Shown piece after piece: positions 1 to 8,093 of a stretch of 20,000 bases of DNA. The notes under the pieces are model-generated. The model did no database searches. It saw only the letters and a program-made list of their open reading frames with translations, and had not been told where the DNA came from. The DNA comes from an uncultured virus (IMG/VR IMGVR_UViG_3300032167_000103). Lineage: Duplodnaviria; Heunggongvirae; Uroviricota; Caudoviricetes. The position numbers and the translations under genes are program-made. The number at the start of each line of letters is the position of its first letter. The first letter of the stretch is position 1. The stretch spans positions 51,473 through 71,472 of the IMG/VR virus record IMGVR_UViG_3300032167_000103; one strand, written 5' to 3'.

Positions 1-1027
1 CAGCTAATGTATTGTTAGAATTATCATATGAAAATGTTACATTTTTGAGATTAATTTCATCCTTAAATTCTAACAACTCTACAGACCCATCTCTCATCAA
101 ACCAGGATATTCAATAATATTTTTATATTCATCTTTCAATGACATGTTATCAGAAATATCAGATATAAAATCAAGTATTGCTAACATTGGATCCATGAGT
201 TTAAATACTAGCATTATTAAACTCATTGCTTGAGCTTGATTAAGAGCTTCAAGAGAAAGCTGATAAATTGTATATCCAATTACAATAATTAATCCAACTG
301 CTTCAACACCATCTATTGATCCATATAATATTGAATTAATTTTTGCTTTCTTTATTTGGTTTCCGCATATTTCTTGATTTTTATTTCTTATAGAAATTCG
401 ATGTTCTTCAACTGTATTAAATGATCTAACCTCGGCAAATCCATTAATGATGTTTTCTACTTCCTGATTCCTTTTTCTTTTGACAACTGTAAACGCTTCA
501 TCAATTTTCATATACTCTTTATAAACTTTACTGAAAATTATCATTCCTATGAAATAAATGATGATTATTGGAATTATCATATCTCCACCAATTTGATACA
601 TTGTAAACAATGTTATGATTATCGCACAGCAACGAATGATGAAAGCTCCGGTATTCATACCGATACTAGAAATCTTACTGAGAAATTCTTGAGCAGTATT
701 AATTCGAGCAACCGAATATTTAGTAAACATTTTGTATTCAGCACCTAGAATTTTATCTACATATCTATTGATCAATGTAGTATACACTTGTTTGATACTA
801 GCTGTTCGTAAATAACCAACAAGAGAACTTGCAATTATATTCGTGATTAGTACGAATACGAGTGTGATCAAATGATTAATCCAATTTTCAATATCACCGA
901 AAATATTGGATATCATTATCACTAAATAGTTACTGATTACCACTGTTACAAGATTACAGATAAACCAACATAACAACATCATGCAAGCTTTCTTATCTTG
1001 TAACCATTCTTTGAAAATAAATTTCAT
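1..1027 (-). CDS. ABC exporter (fused transmembrane domain + start of nucleotide-binding domain), 3' end outside the window
   Basis: Not in the ORF track because it has no stop in the window. ATG at 1027 follows AGGAAGGTG and the frame is open to position 2 (342 codons). It reads MKFIFKEWLQDKKACMMLLCWFICNLV..., with several hydrophobic segments, EVENIINGFAEVRSF (typical ABC TMD segment) and EINLKNVTFSYDNSNNTL (classic start of the NBD). Walker motifs lie outside the window. Confidence 0.85.
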   Translation of the reverse strand, partial: MKFIFKEWLQDKKACMMLLCWFICNLVTVVISNYLVIMISNIFGDIENWINHLITLVFVLITNIIASSLVGYLRTASIKQVYTTLINRYVDKILGAEYKMFTKYSVARINTAQEFLSKISSIGMNTGAFIIRCCAIIITLFTMYQIGGDMIIPIIIIYFIGMIIFSKVYKEYMKIDEAFTVVKRKRNQEVENIINGFAEVRSFNTVEEHRISIRNKNQEICGNQIKKAKINSILYGSIDGVEAVGLIIVIGYTIYQLSLEALNQAQAMSLIMLVFKLMDPMLAILDFISDISDNMSLKDEYKNIIEYPGLMRDGSVELLEFKDEINLKNVTFSYDNSNNTLA

Positions 1028-1060
1028 TTTAAGCACCTTCCTTTTCTTTATTATACATTA

Positions 1061-1069
1061 ATAATATAT
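1061..1069 (-). promoter_or_regulatory. Putative early phage promoter motif ATATATTAT upstream of the ABC gene
   Basis: The same ATATATT(A/C)T motif precedes other non-structural genes in the window and resembles the TATATTA-type early promoters of phiKZ/AR9-like phages. Confidence 0.55.
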
Positions 1070-1095
1070 TTACATAAAAAGAAATGATGCGTTTA

Positions 1096-1138
1096 AAATA
1101 ATATGGAGAGAGGATTAAATCCTCTCTCCATATTATTT
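1096..1138 (-). terminator. Intrinsic terminator, 21-bp perfect inverted repeat
   Basis: AAATAATATGGAGAGAGGATT-A-AATCCTCTCTCCATATTATTT lies immediately after the stop of the 369-aa gene. Confidence 0.8.
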
Positions 1139-1141
1139 GTA

Positions 1142-2251
1142 TTATTCGCTAACGGATTCAGATTCTTCTGTGATTGGAGGTGTTACTTCGTGTTCAGTTT
1201 CAGGTTCCTTAATGAAATCAATAAACTGATCTTCAAAAGCAATGATATTATTAAGCAGATTCTGCTTTCTTTCCTCTCTCCAAGTATTGCGGATAAATGC
1301 ATCTAAAGCAATAACCATACAAACAGTCTTCACACGACCATCATCTTCAGGATCACTTGCTTTACAATATCCACATGTTGCCATGAAATATAATAGAAGA
1401 ACATTGTTAGCTTTATGATATTTCTCAGGAAGGAATCTCTGTTCAAACTGTGCAATTTCCAAAATGAACTTCTGAGAAATCTTTAACTGGGAAAGTTTTG
1501 TTCTACATCTTTCAAGCCAATATTCAATCTTCTTTGGATCTCCAAGTGCTTTGAGAATACGATCTCTTTCATCTTCTGCAAAAGGTTTAGCTAACCATCC
1601 AAGGAATTTTCGATCATAATAAAGATCGATACTTTCCTGCATCTTAGCTTTCTTTTCAGGATCTTCTTCCTCTTCAGCCTTTGCTTTGAGAACTTCAATA
1701 TTCTTTTCTTCTTCTACTTCAAGTAGTTCAAGATAAGCATCATGAATCTGACGATATTCACGCATAGTTGTTAACCAACCAAAGAAGTCATTACAAGCAG
1801 CCTTAATTCGATCAACTGTCTGAGAGAACATAACACCATGAATAGGATGCTCCTCACCAAAGATTCTATTTACTTCTTCTTCAGTAATACAGTCAATACC
1901 ATTTAAATGATCCCAGTTATTTCTTTCTTCTTCACTGATATCTTCAGGCATAGGAGTACGATGATCATCGTTCCATTTACCAAGTTCTTTCATATGAGTA
2001 TCATTAATATGTAACTCACGAGCAGAAGCACTCCACTGATTCTGCATAATCTGAACCATCATTTCAGCCTGCTTCATAAGTTCTTCAATCTGTTTCATAC
2101 TCATTTCATTAATTGGGTTTTCAGGATCCAATTCAATAGGACCACTTTCCGCAATCTCTTCCTGAACTGCTTCTACAGTTTCGTTTTCTTTAATTTCTTC
2201 TTGTGCAGTTTCACTACCAGGAAATGCAATTACTTTACTTTCGTCACTCAT
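1142..2251 (-). CDS. Hypothetical acidic, largely helical protein (369 aa)
   Basis: Long ORF with AAGGAGG RBS; third gene of the RNAP-beta transcription unit; no motif recognised. Confidence 0.85.
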   Translation of the reverse strand: MSDESKVIAFPGSETAQEEIKENETVEAVQEEIAESGPIELDPENPINEMSMKQIEELMKQAEMMVQIMQNQWSASARELHINDTHMKELGKWNDDHRTPMPEDISEEERNNWDHLNGIDCITEEEVNRIFGEEHPIHGVMFSQTVDRIKAACNDFFGWLTTMREYRQIHDAYLELLEVEEEKNIEVLKAKAEEEEDPEKKAKMQESIDLYYDRKFLGWLAKPFAEDERDRILKALGDPKKIEYWLERCRTKLSQLKISQKFILEIAQFEQRFLPEKYHKANNVLLLYFMATCGYCKASDPEDDGRVKTVCMVIALDAFIRNTWREERKQNLLNNIIAFEDQFIDFIKEPETEHEVTPPITEESESVSE

Positions 2252-2274
2252 GTTAAATATCCTCCTTAAACATG

Positions 2275-2727
2275 TTAAATTTCATCTACTGTTTTTGATA
2301 GTAGATCTTTAATGGTATCCATTGTTATACGAATAATATATGATTCGTAAAACTCTTTAGTGAATAGTGTGTCATCAAATATGATTCTATCAGCATTAAT
2401 ACTGTCATGTACTTCATTACTGATATCTGCCACTAAAGTTCTGATATTTTCTTTCGTTGTCATTTCAACTTTATGATTGTCAATGAAATCTCTGAAATGC
2501 AAGAAAGTTACTTGGGTTGTAAACATACGAACATATTTCAATATATCTTCAGAATATTGAGTGTTCTTTCGTTCACTATCTTTCTTTAATTTTGCATTTA
2601 GTTCTTGTAATTCTTCTTCTCTCTTTTTTAATATGAGATAGTTTCGGAGCACACATAAAAATGCTCCGAAACTAATCAACATTGATACAGAGAGAATAGG
2701 AATAATGATTTTATAAATTTCTTCCAT
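2275..2727 (-). CDS. Hypothetical membrane-anchored protein (150 aa)
   Basis: GAGGT RBS; N-terminal hydrophobic helix IIIPILSVSMLISFGAFLCVL followed by a charged coiled-coil-like stretch. Confidence 0.8.
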   Translation of the reverse strand: MEEIYKIIIPILSVSMLISFGAFLCVLRNYLILKKREEELQELNAKLKKDSERKNTQYSEDILKYVRMFTTQVTFLHFRDFIDNHKVEMTTKENIRTLVADISNEVHDSINADRIIFDDTLFTKEFYESYIIRITMDTIKDLLSKTVDEI

Positions 2728-2744
2728 ATCATTTACCTCTCTTT

Positions 2745-3255
2745 TTATTTGCTGATAGCGAAATCTTCCAAATGAGTCTTAAACAAGTTGATTATATTAT
2801 CAGTGAGATATTTCTTCTTGAATGGAAGATTTTCTACTACATAGTCCCAAACTTCGTCAACATCATCAATATCTCCAGGATTCTCTTTAAGATATCTTCT
2901 GTATATTTTACCAAGTTTCTTGAGATGATACATTTCATTAGATGTGCAGAAGATTGTACTATTACCTACTACAAATCCTACACTATCTTCATCGTGTTCT
3001 GCCTCACCGATATATTCATCTTCATCGATGATTGTTTCCATACGTACTCCTAATGATTTCAGATATACCTGAAGAACTTCTACAGATCGTTGAGTAAAAT
3101 TATCCGGAATATTATAATGACCATCTTCTGATAATATAGCTTCATACATATAACGTCTTCCATCAATTGAAGATCTGTATAGTGCACTAACTAATGCGAA
3201 GTCTTGAGGATCTGTAATTACAAGGAAATTAGGCGTTTCGTACTCCCCAAATCTA
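2745..3255 (-). CDS. rpoB: Phage RNA polymerase beta subunit (C-terminal half), exon 3
   Basis: Begins (I)RFGEYE, matching the beta RFGEME motif, and contains SVEVLQVYLKSLGV, matching the beta C-terminal SFxVLxKELxSLGL. It joins exon 2 inside the Ile codon AT^T. Confidence 0.88.
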
Positions 3256-3475
3256 CAAGGGATTTTCTTAACTTTCAATTTCGTGAATAGATTAGACTAT
3301 ATCTTCAAATAATATCTATTACCAATATTATTTGCCCTCCATTTCCATATTGCACTATTTATCATTCCACTATAAATAGACTAATGAATTCATTAGCTGT
3401 ACTCTACTGACTGTATTAGTATCGTATTTCTCGAATACTACAGTTGGTCGATAGTCGTTGAACTTTATACTGTGT

Positions 3476-4324
3476 TTATTGACGTTTAACTGGTATACTA
3501 TATAAACAACTAATATGTTTCCATGATCTTTTAGTATTAATATCATAAATTAACGTTTTAGGAACATTCATAATCTCAGATATTTCCATTATTTTCACAT
3601 TTGGATTTTCTAACATTTTACAAATATTATGAATTTTATCTTCTGAATATTCATTTCTAAAATTTATCGAAGGAATATTATATTCAGAAGAAATATGTGT
3701 CCATGTTTCACCTTTTCTAATATGATAAATAATTATAGATGAAACACCTGTTAATTCTGATATTAAAGCTGGATTACTATTAGTATTTTCTAACATTTCA
3801 CATACTAATCTAATTTGTTCTTCAGTATACACATTTTCTGGATGTTTAATACCTTTAATGTCTAAAAGACCAGTATCTACTGCATGTTGCATATTTTCTT
3901 GAATTGTGACCCATTCTAAGTTCCCAACCCAATTACATGTTTTAATACCATTCTTGTGATTTACAAATGGTTTATTCTCTGGATTTGGAATAAATGCTTC
4001 AGCTACTAACCTATGTATGGAACGTTTATATGGTTTTTCTTTTAGACCATAAATATTTATCATCAGATATCCAGCATTTGTAACAGCACCTTGAATAGTT
4101 TGATTTTTAACATTTATCACAACGCCTGTATTACTAATCTTATATCCTGAATCTTTACCATCAATAATCACTGGTTTCCATACAGGATTATTCAGATCAT
4201 GAATGTATTGATTTAACAATTGTATTTCTGCAATTTGTAATTCATAATCATTCTTGTTAAATAGATATTGAGAATGTTTATTTCTTTCTTCTTGTAATAA
4301 TTTATCTAATTTAGATAGTTTCAT
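3476..4324 (-). CDS. Intron-encoded HNH homing endonuclease (NUMOD4/I-HmuI-like, about 282 aa)
   Basis: WKPV..YKISNTG.V N-terminal motif; HRLVAEAFIPNPENKPFVNHKNGIKTCNWVGNLEWVT HNH core; two C-terminal ~55-aa HTH-like repeats. The start is placed at ATG 4324 (AGGAGG RBS) rather than 4372. The ORF is flanked by the P6a stem AUACUGUGU/ACACAGUAU. Confidence 0.92.
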   Translation of the reverse strand: MKLSKLDKLLQEERNKHSQYLFNKNDYELQIAEIQLLNQYIHDLNNPVWKPVIIDGKDSGYKISNTGVVINVKNQTIQGAVTNAGYLMINIYGLKEKPYKRSIHRLVAEAFIPNPENKPFVNHKNGIKTCNWVGNLEWVTIQENMQHAVDTGLLDIKGIKHPENVYTEEQIRLVCEMLENTNSNPALISELTGVSSIIIYHIRKGETWTHISSEYNIPSINFRNEYSEDKIHNICKMLENPNVKIMEISEIMNVPKTLIYDINTKRSWKHISCLYSIPVKRQ

Positions 4325-4346
4325 ATTGATTACCTCCTTTCTATAT

Positions 4347-4355
4347 AGAATATAT
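4347..4355 (-). promoter_or_regulatory. Putative early promoter motif ATATATTCT inside the intron, upstream of the HNH ORF
   Basis: Identical 9-mer to those upstream of the beta gene and the DHH operon; a second variant GTATATTAT lies at 4372-4380. Confidence 0.5.
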
Positions 4356-4543
4356 GATTTGATTTTAGTCAATAATATACACAGTATTTTAGCTGCGGAT
4401 TATCCAATCTTATAACGTTTTTACCATCCCTAACCCATTACAGTTAGTACTAACACTGTCCATTACTGGCAGCTGTGGTAGTTATAAGCTCTAAGGAACT
4501 TCCCGCAATTAAAAGGGTTTAAAGCCAACTAGATTTGTAGTTA

Positions 4544-5250
4544 ATCGGCTTTGTTGATTTCCAATCTCTACCAGTTTTATTCGAGTTACTCTTCTCAGGT
4601 AGAGATTCATCACCAATGGCTCCAGAAGATCTAACAGAGAAACCTTTCTCACCGGACTGTTTAAGCATCATGATATATTGATATCCAACATAATCGTCAC
4701 CAATCCAAATATCCCTTCCCCACTTTGGTTTAGGAGCAAAGATATGATAAGGTTTAATAATATCACCATACTTTTCATATATCTCTAAGATAGAATCTCG
4801 TAATGACCATTCTTCATTGAAAGGTTCCCATCTTGAATATAATCCATTATTGGTGATAAGTAATCCATTTCTATCTACAGAGATACAGTCTTGAATGAAA
4901 TGTTTCTTTTGATAATCTGATAAACCATCATAAATATCTTCTAAATCTTTAGTCTGTTTAGGATTTAAGATTCGTAATATATCGAACATAAATTCTTTTT
5001 GTTCTTCTATAGTATCTAAAGTTGCTGCATGTTTTCTAGCACGATCTAGAATAAATGTAACTGATCCTTCATACATAACCATTGGAATAGTACGATTGAT
5101 AATAGCCAATGGATTAGTTATTAAATCTACTCGTTCTCGTACTCCTTTAGCATGTTTTACACCATATTGATCAGTTGTCATTTCTGTAGTTAAATATGGC
5201 ATTTCTTCATCTGGCCATATACTACATGTCACAGTCTTGTTTCCATGCCT
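4544..5250 (-). CDS. rpoB: Phage RNA polymerase beta subunit (C-terminal half), exon 2
   Basis: RHGNKTV...EMPY...DLITNPLAIINRT...VGYQYIMMLKQ...SVRSSG matches the beta motifs GRHGNKG, DMP, DxxxNPLGxxSRM, VGxxYxxKLxH and ARSxG. Confidence 0.92.
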
Positions 5251-5678
5251 CGGTTTCTTACACATTGATTCGCAACATCAATGCAGCAACTTAATGCTTC
5301 TTATGCTTTCACATAACGACAGTAGAATTTCACTACTGAAGGATCTTTCGATCGTCGAGATCATATCTTTCATAGTAATTATACTATGACCGGCATTTCG
5401 ATTTAAGGGATTCTCACCCACCTCTTAGACCTTATTCAGTCCTGCTTAGGCCCTACTCCTATTGATAATATTAATTTATTAATATTATCCAAGGGATGAT
5501 CGTTGAACTCATATCCTGTTTAGGATACTTCGCTGCGTCGGTTGTCCCTATTTCTAACATTTTTACTATACCTTTGGAATTACCCATTGCCCCATAGTAT
5601 ATCACTATCTATGGTTAGTAGTTAGAACTTAACAGGAGTTTCCCGCAATTAGCACGATTTTACGTCGGCATGCATTTT
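5251..5678 (-). mobile_element. ORF-less group I intron (428 nt) in the RNAP beta gene
   Basis: P1 pairs GUCGGU^ with GCCGAC (U-G at the splice site). Core elements: P AAUUGCGGGAAA (5639-5650), R GUUCAACGAUCA (5497-5508), S AAGAUAUGAUC (5359-5369). Terminal G is at 5251. Splicing gives GGT^AGG CAT GGA AAC AAG = GRHGNK. Confidence 0.93.
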
Positions 5679-6821
5679 ACCGACTATTTTGCGGCCGACT
5701 TTGACGGTTTCTTTACTTCTAATCAGAATCTCTACCATAATATTTGAAAATACAGAATCATTGAAAGCCCATTGAGCATCTGTATCCAAATAGTTCATAG
5801 CTTTACGTTTCCATCTATTGATTTCCTTGTCGATATTTTTGGAACCGCTTTTCAGAATTTTCTTACATACTTTATACACATCAGTGTAGAACCATCTTGC
5901 ATCATTGTAATACTGAATAAGTTGTTTTGTAACCTTATTGGTTTTGATATTAGGATTATTGCAGTATACATTGATATCGATAATTTCAGAATCTTTAGGA
6001 CAGTAATATTTAGCATCTGATTGATTGATATGATGTAAAGAAATATCTCTCATGTCAGAAAACATTCTACTTTCTTTAATCTGACGAGTAGCTGCTAAAA
6101 TACCATCACTGATAATATCACCTATATTCGGAAGACCTTGATATTCTCCTTCTTTACCATAGAGATTCAGAAGAATAGTATTTTCACTAATAGGTATGGT
6201 CTTTGATGTTACATTATTTGCTACCATTCTTTTTGCAAAAGATTCTGATAGAATAATGGCATCATCCTGTACAGCTGGATGTGCACCATATAGAATTCGA
6301 CCATTTACACCAATTGAAGTATTTCCGTATTCATCATAAGATGTAGTTGAATATAACATTGTACCTTCAGGAATAATTTCACCAACTTCTGCAGCATCAA
6401 GAAAATCATTCTTGTAATCGAAACCAAAATTCTCAGTAAGATTTTCTACTTGATTTCTCTCTACTACTGTATACGAGTCATCCTGCCTGCAATATAAGAA
6501 GTATAAAGCAACGTTACATTTACCTTTTAGAAGGTTTTCATATTTCTTACAGATTGCATATACTTCATATTCCTTATCTGCTCTTTTATAGAATGAAGAA
6601 TGTTCACCGGTAATATTTTCTTTACCATCATACAGGAATGGAAACTCTGGATTATCTAATGTAAGATGTTGCGTATGATGTTTAATGTTCATCGTACTAC
6701 GCATTACATTGTTACCTCCATAGAAATCACCTTGACCTGTTAATGCTAATTTCTTTTTCCCTTTGAGCTCTTCATTTTTTCGTTGCAGTTCTTGGATGAG
6801 GTTATACTTTTCTCTAACCAT
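5679..6821 (-). CDS. rpoB: Phage RNA polymerase beta subunit (C-terminal half), exon 1; spliced product 786 aa from 6821-5679, 5250-4544 and 3255-2745
   Basis: NNVMRSTMNIKHHTQHLTL..PEFPFLYDGKE resembles the beta RALMGSNMQRQAVPL..GTGME region, QDDAIILSE resembles EDxIxxSE, and the exon ends KVGRKIVG. RBS AAGGAGG. Exon lengths 1143+707+511 = 2361 nt = 787 codons. Confidence 0.9.
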
Positions 6822-6904
6822 TTTATATCCTCCTTTTCTGTGTTGAGTGTTAATAAATTAAGACGGTGAGTGAATTAAACATTGTTGTCTTAATTGTTAA
6901 GGGC

Positions 6905-6913
6905 AGAATATAT
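6905..6913 (-). promoter_or_regulatory. Putative early promoter motif ATATATTCT for the RNAP-beta operon
   Basis: Lies between the tail tube terminator and the beta start codon; recurrent motif. Confidence 0.55.
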
Positions 6914-6936
6914 AAATATTTATTTGGACAAAAAAT

Positions 6937-6972
6937 GATACAATCCAGAGGGAATTCCCTCTGGATTGTATC
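6937..6972 (-). terminator. Intrinsic terminator, 36-bp perfect palindrome after the tail tube gene
   Basis: GATACAATCCAGAGGGAA-TTCCCTCTGGATTGTATC followed by ATTTTTT on the minus strand. Confidence 0.82.
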
Positions 6973-7016
6973 TGTATATATTTAAGGAAAGGAAGTGGTA
7001 GTAAACCGTTATGGGA

Positions 7017-8093
7017 TTATTCCTGTGCAAAACCATCCCAAGAAGTTCCAGCAGATCTTCCTGGCTGACCAGCAAGTTTGCCATCAACCATACTCTTGAG
7101 ACCAATGTTCTTAGTAACAGGTGCAGTAGTGGTAGTAAATACAGGAACGTTACCGATATTAGTACCAGTTGCACTATCAACCGGAACAGCACCAAGAGAC
7201 CTATTAAACAAGTTAGCATTACCGTTTGCATATACAGCATCACCAAGTTCAGGGTTGAAGTTCAGTGAGTTAGATACAATACGATACTGTTTTAACAAGT
7301 CATTTGCAATTGCTGTGATGATAGGAGATCTGTACACAACGCAGTTGAAAGTAACGTCATAAGTTACGTTATCATGAGTTCCGCCCTGAGCCATATCAAG
7401 GATTGCTCCCTGATTAATTCCCTTAGGATAACAGTCTGCAAGTAATACAGCACGTTCAACTTGAGCACCGGAACGATCATGCATGATATAGATGAATTCT
7501 GCAGTATGATTTGCTTCATTGAATGCAATACCATCTGTACTTTCACCATTACGTGCATACAAACGTTTCTCTTTACCATCTGCGTCAGTACCACCTGAAA
7601 TCCAGCCACCATAAGTAGCAAGACCACTGTTCTCATCACCGATGGCGTTCATCCAACCATCAATAACAGTGAATACAGGTGCACCCACCATTTCATACAA
7701 ACCAATAGTAATTTCATTGGTTGTTTCTTTAGTTACTGTAGGAGTAAAGAACTGGCGACCTGCAAAACCACCCTGAATAGGTGTAGATGCATTTTCAATT
7801 GTTTTCTCCTGGAAACCAGTAACAGATCTATTCATATATTCAAGCATGTGCTTAAATTGAATGAACAAAGAGTTTGTGTTATACAAGTCATCTCCACCAG
7901 CAAACATTTTAGCGATTGCTAAAGGAGGACGTACCATAAATAATCGACCGAAACCATTGAGCATTGGAGAATAGTTACGTAATGCATGATGAGTTGCATT
8001 AGTACCACCAACGAACATAGAGTATTTGGTGAAGTCAGGAGCATCAAACTGACGACCTCCGGTCTGACTGGTGATTACATTTTTAAGAGCCAT
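7017..8093 (-). CDS. Tail tube protein (358 aa)
   Basis: Translationally coupled (TAATG overlap) downstream of the sheath. The pattern ITIGLYEMVG.PV..VIDGWMNAIGD and LLADCYPKG...YDVTFNC fits myophage tube proteins. Confidence 0.78.
   Translation of the reverse strand: MALKNVITSQTGGRQFDAPDFTKYSMFVGGTNATHHALRNYSPMLNGFGRLFMVRPPLAIAKMFAGGDDLYNTNSLFIQFKHMLEYMNRSVTGFQEKTIENASTPIQGGFAGRQFFTPTVTKETTNEITIGLYEMVGAPVFTVIDGWMNAIGDENSGLATYGGWISGGTDADGKEKRLYARNGESTDGIAFNEANHTAEFIYIMHDRSGAQVERAVLLADCYPKGINQGAILDMAQGGTHDNVTYDVTFNCVVYRSPIITAIANDLLKQYRIVSNSLNFNPELGDAVYANGNANLFNRSLGAVPVDSATGTNIGNVPVFTTTTAPVTKNIGLKSMVDGKLAGQPGRSAGTSWDGFAQE

Larger units (their letters stand above)
3256..4543 (-). mobile_element. 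Group I intron (1288 nt) in the RNAP beta gene, with HNH ORF in the P6 loop
   Basis: P1 pairs AAAGCCGAU^U with AGUUGGCUUU, with U-G at the 5' splice site. P10 CAAAUCUA pairs with 3' exon UAGAUUUG. Core elements: P AAUUGCGGGAA (4500-4510), Q AAUCCGCAGC (4392-4401), R GUUCAACGACUA (3452-3463), S AAGAUAUAGUC (3295-3305). Terminal G is at 3256. Splicing restores KPIRFGEYE in frame. Confidence 0.93.

Noticed and set aside
12..1306. Plus-strand ORFs 12-233 and 1103-1306
   Set aside because: Antisense to the ABC gene and to the 369-aa gene; the second starts inside a terminator hairpin.
4519..5678. ORF-track termini MCKKP (start 5265), KMHADVKSC and NYKSSWL as real protein ends
   Set aside because: They are read-through into intron sequence. 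The same applies to MKVKKIPC (3278), MNIT (12916) and QVKLL (14452).
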